Assembly (NCBI GenBank): GCA_964012725.1
Contig: CAXGTL010000001.1
Location: forward strand, 1-57,113
Direction of reading: 5' to 3'
DNA from: Candidatus Woesearchaeota archaeon
GTDB taxonomy: Archaea > Nanobdellota > Nanobdellia > Woesearchaeales > CAXGTL01
DNA length: 57,113 nucleotides
Shown: positions 51,567 to 57,113 of the stretch, in pieces
Layout: every line of letters begins with the position of its first letter
Position numbering within the stretch: the stretch's first letter is position 1
Program-made: the position numbers and the translations under genes
The notes under the pieces: model-generated
The model's input: only the letters and a program-made list of their open reading frames with translations
What the model was told of the DNA's origin: nothing
Databases searched by the model: none

Positions 51567-53684
51567 ATGATATTCAATGATGGTTATTACCATCCTTTGG
51601 ACAGAGAATATGGTGAAATCTGGACACCAGAACAACATACTCCTGAAATGATTGAACCAATAGAAAAACCTATCCAAAAAGGAGATCCTAATCGTTTAAC
51701 ATCTCAAGATGTTGGTAGTTCTACATTAATGCTTCATGCTGGTACAGAAGATGTAAAAGCAAGAATCAGACACGGTTTAAGTAGAATTGAACTAGGTTTC
51801 CCTGGTAAAGGAAAAAGTTCTCAACAAGCACTTACACCTGAAAGTTTTGGTAAAGAAGAAAGACAAGCAATAAGAGACTTAGCAAGAATTAATGAATTAA
51901 AAGTTTCTACTCACGCAAGTATTGCAATTGCTGGTTTAGCAGGGTTTACTCAACAAGGTTTTGCAGAAAGTTCAAGACAAGAATCATTAGATGAAATCAA
52001 AAGAGCAATAGATTTTGCAGCTGACGCATCAACAGGAGGAGCAGTTGTTGTTCATACAGGTGAATTTCCTAGAAGCATTGCAGGATATTATGGAAAAGAA
52101 GGTGTTAGAAAAGATGGTGCTAAATTCAAAGAATATGAAAAAGAAGAACAAGAAGCAGTTCATTTCTTAGTTGATAATCATACAGGAAAGATCATAGATG
52201 GAGTTAGAGAAGATCAAGTTGCATGGATTCCTAAGCAACAAGTAGCTAATGGTGAAAAAGTCTGGTTACAAGCACCTGATAAAGACACAAACAAAATGGA
52301 TGCAATGAAATTCGAAATGATTAAAACATATAAGGATGAAATTAAGAATAAATTTGGAGAAACATCTAAACAATATGAAAAAGCTAATGCATTATTCAGA
52401 GAAGACAGAGTTCCTGTTTATGAAACTGATCCTCAAGGAAATATTCAAACAGAATTAATTAGATTTAGTGAATTTAAAAAAAGAAAAGAATTTCAAAATA
52501 CAGATGGTACACCAAACACTGAAAAAGCTGCACTTGAATTCTTTAAAATGCAGCAGCAAACACAAATGCATCAAGCACTAGGTTCTGCAAGAGAATTTGA
52601 ACAGCATTATAATGATGGTATGCGAGATAGAGAACGTCTTAAAGACACATTTAATAATTTTACTTCCAAGAAAGAAGAAGCTATGAAAGATCAAAATAAA
52701 TATGGTCAATTATTATTTGAAACAGCTGCAAGAATTAGAGGAAGACCAGTAACAACTCCAGAAGATAAAAAAATGGTACAACAGTTAGCACAACAAATGG
52801 ATCATGACCCTGAAGGCCCTGAAGGATTTATGAGTGACCGTTTAGCAGACAATGAAAGAAGAATAGCCTACGGAAGAGAAACTTCATCAGGTGGAAGACT
52901 TCAAGCAAGACGTATCCAAGATCAAATCATGCACACTGAAAACATAGAAGAATATGGTATGAAGAAAAGTGCAATAACATTAGCACAAGCAGGAATGTTT
53001 GCAATGGATAAAACAAGAGCAACAAACAAACAACTAAAACAACAAGGACATGAAAAGATTGATCCAATCTATGTTTCACCAGAAAATATATTCCAAAATA
53101 CATTTGGTTCTCATCCACAAGAATTAAAACAAATAATAATTAAATCAAGAGAAGAAATGGAAAACAGATTAGTAGAACAAAAAAAGATGAATAGACAAGA
53201 AGCAAAAAAACTAGCAAAAAAACACATTGCAGGAACATTTGATATTGGTCATGCAAATATCTGGAAAAAATATTATGAAGGAACTGACAAAGACTTTAAC
53301 AAATGGTTAATTGACCAAGCAAAAGACTTAATCAAAGGTGGCTTTGTTAAACATATCCATATAACAGACAATTTAGGTTATCATGATGAACATTTAGCAG
53401 TTGGGCAAGGAACAGCTCCAATTAAAGAGCTTGTAAAAGAACTAGAAAAAGAAGGAATAAAAGATGTAATTGTTGAACCAGGATCTACAAATTTCATGAC
53501 AATGTGGCCAGATTCATTAAAAGGCTTAGGTTCTCCAATTTATGCAATAGACGCACCATATCAAAGAGGTTTTGATCAAATACAACAATCACATGCTGGT
53601 TATATCAATCCTCCTTACTTTGTTACTAATACTATCTACCCAAGCGATGAATGGAGAATTTGGTCAGGAGTTCCTTTAGAGTAA
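51567..53684 (+). CDS. xylose-isomerase-like TIM-barrel (AP_endonuc_2-type) protein interrupted by a ~350-aa charged insert
   Basis: 705 aa. N-terminal barrel part (RIELGFPGKG, KVSTHASI, GGAVVVHTGEF) and C-terminal part (GTFDIGHANIW, VKHIHITDNLGYHDEHLAVGQG, VIVEP), separated by K/E/Q-rich sequence. Confidence 0.6.
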   Translation: MIFNDGYYHPLDREYGEIWTPEQHTPEMIEPIEKPIQKGDPNRLTSQDVGSSTLMLHAGTEDVKARIRHGLSRIELGFPGKGKSSQQALTPESFGKEERQAIRDLARINELKVSTHASIAIAGLAGFTQQGFAESSRQESLDEIKRAIDFAADASTGGAVVVHTGEFPRSIAGYYGKEGVRKDGAKFKEYEKEEQEAVHFLVDNHTGKIIDGVREDQVAWIPKQQVANGEKVWLQAPDKDTNKMDAMKFEMIKTYKDEIKNKFGETSKQYEKANALFREDRVPVYETDPQGNIQTELIRFSEFKKRKEFQNTDGTPNTEKAALEFFKMQQQTQMHQALGSAREFEQHYNDGMRDRERLKDTFNNFTSKKEEAMKDQNKYGQLLFETAARIRGRPVTTPEDKKMVQQLAQQMDHDPEGPEGFMSDRLADNERRIAYGRETSSGGRLQARRIQDQIMHTENIEEYGMKKSAITLAQAGMFAMDKTRATNKQLKQQGHEKIDPIYVSPENIFQNTFGSHPQELKQIIIKSREEMENRLVEQKKMNRQEAKKLAKKHIAGTFDIGHANIWKKYYEGTDKDFNKWLIDQAKDLIKGGFVKHIHITDNLGYHDEHLAVGQGTAPIKELVKELEKEGIKDVIVEPGSTNFMTMWPDSLKGLGSPIYAIDAPYQRGFDQIQQSHAGYINPPYFVTNTIYPSDEWRIWSGVPLE

Positions 53685-54308
53685 ATAAGATGATAATGGT
53701 ACATAAATAGGATATTTCTTAGAAAAACTTTCTACTGTTGCATTTATATGGTTATCTAAAGATAAGATTACAACTTTTGCTTTATCACAAACAACCCTTT
53801 TTAAACTATAAGCAACAGCTTGAATATCTGTACTTTCAATTTCTTTTCCACGGTTCTTATGCTTTTTACAATATTTAGAGCTTAATTTTCTAATTAAATT
53901 AATTTGATCTTTAGTTGGAACATAATGTATTGTTCTACATAAACCAAAAATAAAATTTCTTAATTTTTTAGGTATAATTGGAACCTTTCTTCCTCTTTCA
54001 TCATAATTAATCTTTGGATTTTGAACTTCTTCTGCAACTTTATTAACCAAAGTAATAGGTATTCTTTTACCAGTTTTAGTTATGAAAGTAGTAAAATTAT
54101 ATTTACCAGTTTTAGGATCATAAGGCAATTTTGCAATATATGAAGTATCAAGAACAACTTCATCAATATCTTCTAAACTAAGATCTGAACTGTAAGTTCT
54201 AAGAATGGATTCTAAACTGCCTAAATCAACATCTTTAGCAGCCTTAGCAGCCCTAATATTTTCTTGTGTAATTCTGTTTTTAAGTTGTTCATTACCTATA
54301 TAAGTCAT
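53676..54308 (-). CDS. PIN-like domain protein
   Basis: Track ORF trimmed to ATG 54308 (leaderless geometry). Acidic motifs EVVLDTSYI, STDIQAVAYS, VILSLDNH. Confidence 0.5.
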   Translation of the reverse strand: MTYIGNEQLKNRITQENIRAAKAAKDVDLGSLESILRTYSSDLSLEDIDEVVLDTSYIAKLPYDPKTGKYNFTTFITKTGKRIPITLVNKVAEEVQNPKINYDERGRKVPIIPKKLRNFIFGLCRTIHYVPTKDQINLIRKLSSKYCKKHKNRGKEIESTDIQAVAYSLKRVVCDKAKVVILSLDNHINATVESFSKKYPIYVPLSSYLL

Positions 54309-54331
54309 CACTATATAGTAGGTAATAATAG

Positions 54332-54339
54332 TATATAAA
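54332..54339 (-). promoter_or_regulatory. BRE/TATA box implying a leaderless mRNA
   Basis: Reverse strand GAAAGG-TTTATATA, exactly 23 nt upstream of ATG 54308. Confidence 0.45.
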
Positions 54340-54576
54340 CCTTTCCATTTTTGTATCACCTACAAGTGACTACAAATCCTTAAAACTAAGAAAAAATAGC
54401 ATTTCAAACCCTCAAAATCACCATATATAGGCCTTTAAACCCTATATTACAGTTAAATAAAGTTTATATATAGAAACTATATGTAGATATATATAGGTAA
54501 AAATCATAAAAAATCTTGAGGTGAAACAAATCAAAGATTTGTAAACCTCAAAATTACAAATTTCGAGGTGATAATA

Positions 54577-55512
54577 TTGAAACTAAAAAAATGGGTAACA
54601 TATATAATAATTCTAATCATTCTTACATGGTTAATCTTTTTTGTTGATTGGGGCTGTGAAGAAAAAGAACAAAATTTAGAAGAATTAGACACAAATGAAA
54701 TCACAGGTGATGTAATAAATGACCTAGATTGTCCAGCTGTCAAATGCGAAGTATGCGAAGAATTTGATAGAGACGAAGAATGTAATTATGATGATAAATG
54801 TCCATCTTGTTCTTCATGTCCATCATGTCCAGAAGCAAAAACTATTGTAAAGGGTGCTGATGAACTTGCATCTACATCATTAATTAGTCTTGAAACATAT
54901 AATGAAAGAATAATTAATATTGATAATGAAAATTTTACATATTGGTTATATAACTCAAAAGACTACAATGTTAATAATATCCATGCAAAAATGGTTATAG
55001 AAATTGATGATGATACTGACAAAACAATATACACAGATGTATTTTCATTAGATAAAAGACAAAACAAAAGTTTCAAAATCTATGTTGGTTTAGATCCTAG
55101 AGATGAAGAATATCAAGCAGCATTAACAATTTATTCAGGTAATAACAATGGAAAAACTAAGGATGTTGAATTCAAAGTACATAATAAAAATCCAGATATA
55201 GAACAATCAGAAGCATTCTGGAGCAATAGTATTGTTGGATTTAGTAAATATGAAATTAACACAGACAATTTAGTAAATCTTACTTTGATAAACAACAAAA
55301 ACTCTGAAGTTACAATATTAGACATTAAAGTTGATGACAAACATTGGTTTGTAAACCAAACATTAGCATCAGGTGAAGAATTTGAATTCACAACACAAAA
55401 AGATATGTGTGACTCAGGAATATACAGTTTCCCTGTTTACATGAATTACAGTTCAGGTGGATTTGAGTTTGAGATTGATGAAGAACAGGAATTAGTTGGA
55501 TATTGTAATTAG
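54577..55512 (+). CDS. membrane-anchored Cys-rich extracellular protein, unknown function
   Basis: Track 54568..55512 (GTG). The TTG at 54577 is better spaced from GAGGTGA. TM helix, then CPAVKCEVCEEFDRDEECNYDDKCPSCSSCPSCPE, then a beta-rich domain. Confidence 0.6.
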   Translation: MKLKKWVTYIIILIILTWLIFFVDWGCEEKEQNLEELDTNEITGDVINDLDCPAVKCEVCEEFDRDEECNYDDKCPSCSSCPSCPEAKTIVKGADELASTSLISLETYNERIINIDNENFTYWLYNSKDYNVNNIHAKMVIEIDDDTDKTIYTDVFSLDKRQNKSFKIYVGLDPRDEEYQAALTIYSGNNNGKTKDVEFKVHNKNPDIEQSEAFWSNSIVGFSKYEINTDNLVNLTLINNKNSEVTILDIKVDDKHWFVNQTLASGEEFEFTTQKDMCDSGIYSFPVYMNYSSGGFEFEIDEEQELVGYCN

Positions 55513-55581
55513 TTTTTTTTTCTTTTATTTTTATTATAAACAACAATATTTATATACAACATTACATATAATCACATTATC

Positions 55582-56235
55582 ATGAAAAAAGAGGCACTCA
55601 ATCACTTAAAAATAAGTTTTATTAAACAAAAGCTAAGTGAAAAAGTAATATATTCTCTAGTATCAAGCTTTATAATGAGTTTTTTATTAATGATTATATT
55701 TAACTTACATAATAACCTAAGATCAGCAAGACTTTTCTTTGCATTAAGCTTCATAATCTTATTTATAGCTATATTTTTGTTCACAAATTCACAATTAGCA
55801 AGAACAAGTAAATATACACATAAAAAACAAAAATTTACAATTGAAAAAAAAGTAAGTTTTAAATTAAAAGATATGCACAAAATTTTGTCATATATTATTA
55901 TAATTATATTAATTCTATATAGTATATTTTTAATTATGTGGACAAGTTATAATTTTTCAGAATTTGGTGTATTTTTAACATTAATATTGTTATTTACAAC
56001 AATTATTTATTTCATATTATTCTTTTACCACAAGTTCCATTATTATGTTTGTAAAAAAGGGTTATTAATTCATGGGATACACTTACCAAAGTTCTATACA
56101 TGGCACCAAATCAAGCATTATAAAAGAAAAAAGAGAATTATCCATTTACATATGAAAAAAACAAAATATCATATATCAATACCACATAAAAAAGGTGTTG
56201 AAAAACATATTAAGAAACATGTGAAGAAAAAATAA
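55582..56235 (+). CDS. hypothetical multi-pass membrane protein with basic C-terminal domain
   Basis: 217 aa. 4 hydrophobic helices, then a K/H-rich soluble part. Confidence 0.5.
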   Translation: MKKEALNHLKISFIKQKLSEKVIYSLVSSFIMSFLLMIIFNLHNNLRSARLFFALSFIILFIAIFLFTNSQLARTSKYTHKKQKFTIEKKVSFKLKDMHKILSYIIIIILILYSIFLIMWTSYNFSEFGVFLTLILLFTTIIYFILFFYHKFHYYVCKKGLLIHGIHLPKFYTWHQIKHYKRKKRIIHLHMKKTKYHISIPHKKGVEKHIKKHVKKK

Positions 56236-56282
56236 AAAGTAAAATATATATTAAAAAAAACAATAAAAAGAAATAAAAAAAA

Positions 56283-56798
56283 TTAATTAACAACAACTTT
56301 GCCTTTTAACAACCTTGTACCTAAAACATCTGCATCTTCTTTATCTTCAGGACAATTATCTTCTCCTTCACATAAATCACCAAAGTCTTCTGTAATATCA
56401 ACGCAGTAATTACCACAAGTAAAAGTGAATTCACCTTTGTTATCAGCAGTAAAATAAAGCTTTACTTGCATATCTTTAGGAACTATTGTGTTTAAATCAA
56501 ATTCTTTTAATTCAAATCCTGAATTATCATCACTTGTTATTTTTAATTCAACTTTATCTCCTTGATCAACTTCTATAACACTTGGATAAAATCTATTATC
56601 AGTGATTTTCACATCAAGTGATTTAAAATTATCAATTCCAGCTGCTTTTGGAACCTCATTAATCATTATATCAACAGCACTATCCATTTCTTTTTTAGCA
56701 CCACACTCGCAACTAGTTAACATAAAGATGCTTGTTAATATTGAAATAACAACCAAAAACATTAATATTTTTATTACTTTCATTTTGAAATCCCTCAT
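56283..56798 (-). CDS. lipoprotein-like cupredoxin-fold protein
   Basis: 171 aa. Signal plus LTSC lipobox-like Cys. FYPSVIEVDQGDKVELKI...GEFTFTCGNYC resembles cupredoxin/EfeO-N-type domains. Acidic Cys-containing tail. Confidence 0.5.
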   Translation of the reverse strand: MRDFKMKVIKILMFLVVISILTSIFMLTSCECGAKKEMDSAVDIMINEVPKAAGIDNFKSLDVKITDNRFYPSVIEVDQGDKVELKITSDDNSGFELKEFDLNTIVPKDMQVKLYFTADNKGEFTFTCGNYCVDITEDFGDLCEGEDNCPEDKEDADVLGTRLLKGKVVVN

Positions 56799-56867
56799 TT
56801 ACTTTTCTCAATTATAAGAACTACCACCTATATGTGTATGGTAAGAGTTTAGTATATATAAAGGTTA

Positions 56868-57113
56868 TTACTTAATAACAATTGTTTTTAATCCCTTAAT
56901 TCTACTAAAGTGTTTGTCCATAGTAATTAAAATAGAATTATTCTCCATTACAACAGAAGCAATTAATAAATCAAAATCAGGAATTTCTTTACCAGATCTA
57001 ATGAGTTTATTTTTTAATTCACAAAATATCAAAGCAGATTTATATAAAGGATAAAGTGTGTTATATTTAAACAGACTTTTTAATGCTTTTAATCTATTTC
57101 TAGGTGATTTCTT
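56868..57113 (-). CDS. PIN-domain (VapC-like) toxin, partial (N-terminus beyond window end)
   Basis: Not in the ORF track (open at the edge). My translation: ...KSALIFCELKNKLIRSGKEIPDFDLLIASVVMENNSILITMDKHFSRIKGLKTIVIK, stop at 56868-56870. D-LLIA and LIT-D-HF motifs are typical of the VapC C-terminus. Confidence 0.6.
   Translation of the reverse strand, partial: KKSPRNRLKALKSLFKYNTLYPLYKSALIFCELKNKLIRSGKEIPDFDLLIASVVMENNSILITMDKHFSRIKGLKTIVIK

Overview
AT-rich archaeal chromosome segment, about one-third G+C by eye. Archaeal identity rests on the gene content: aEF-1alpha, aEF-2, uS10, L7Ae, S28e, L24e, TFS, an NMD3-like protein, Taw1, deoxyhypusine synthase, an Ogg2-type glycosylase and intron-containing tRNAs. 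The compact nucleotide-salvage and anaerobic set (NrdDG, SOR, rubrerythrin) points to a small-genome DPANN-like anaerobe; this placement is inference only. I call about 70 protein genes in recognisable blocks. (1) 2.7-6.0 kb, minus strand: DNA-repair and oxidative-stress operon (dcd, ogg, alkD-like, desulfoferrodoxin, rubrerythrin, hemerythrin-like). (2) 6.3-11.4 kb: GbsR-like regulator plus MacB/FtsX-type ABC exporter with a CARDB/S-layer-like protein. (3) 13.1-13.5 kb: tRNA cluster. (4) 15-20.7 kb: translation block. (5) 21-24.3 kb: 1102-aa membrane-anchored subtilase, next to a RelE-type toxin-antitoxin pair. (6) 31.8-39.9 kb: purBA, ThyX-like, dut, dCMP deaminase, nrdDG. (7) 39.9-43.3 kb: speH, speB, dys, taw1. 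(8) 49.2-53.7 kb: ChlI/MoxR-like AAA+ ATPase, VWA protein and an interrupted TIM-barrel protein. No CRISPR array, transposase or integrase was seen. The most interesting signals are non-coding. GC-enriched intergenic islands form at least two families of structured RNA whose helices are maintained by compensatory changes. Family A has 3 copies, each about 110-130 nt upstream of a membrane-protein gene; two of those genes are tiny two-helix peptides, one of them missing from the ORF track. Family B has 2 copies plus one relative. I could not match either family to any RNA class I know. Other notable observations: a candidate +1 frameshift site (SD-like AAGGAG, then CCC-TAA) joining the AAA+ and VWA genes through a stop-free acidic linker; a leaderless uORF that repeats the first 8 codons of the metallophosphoesterase gene and overlaps its start as ATGA; a tRNA-Lys with two introns and a tandem 5' fragment of tRNA-Ser; a 59-aa purely acidic mini-protein that is a detached copy of the cold-shock protein tail; a tandem-duplicated ThyX-like protein. 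All functional calls rest on motif reading of the supplied translations, and no database search was run.
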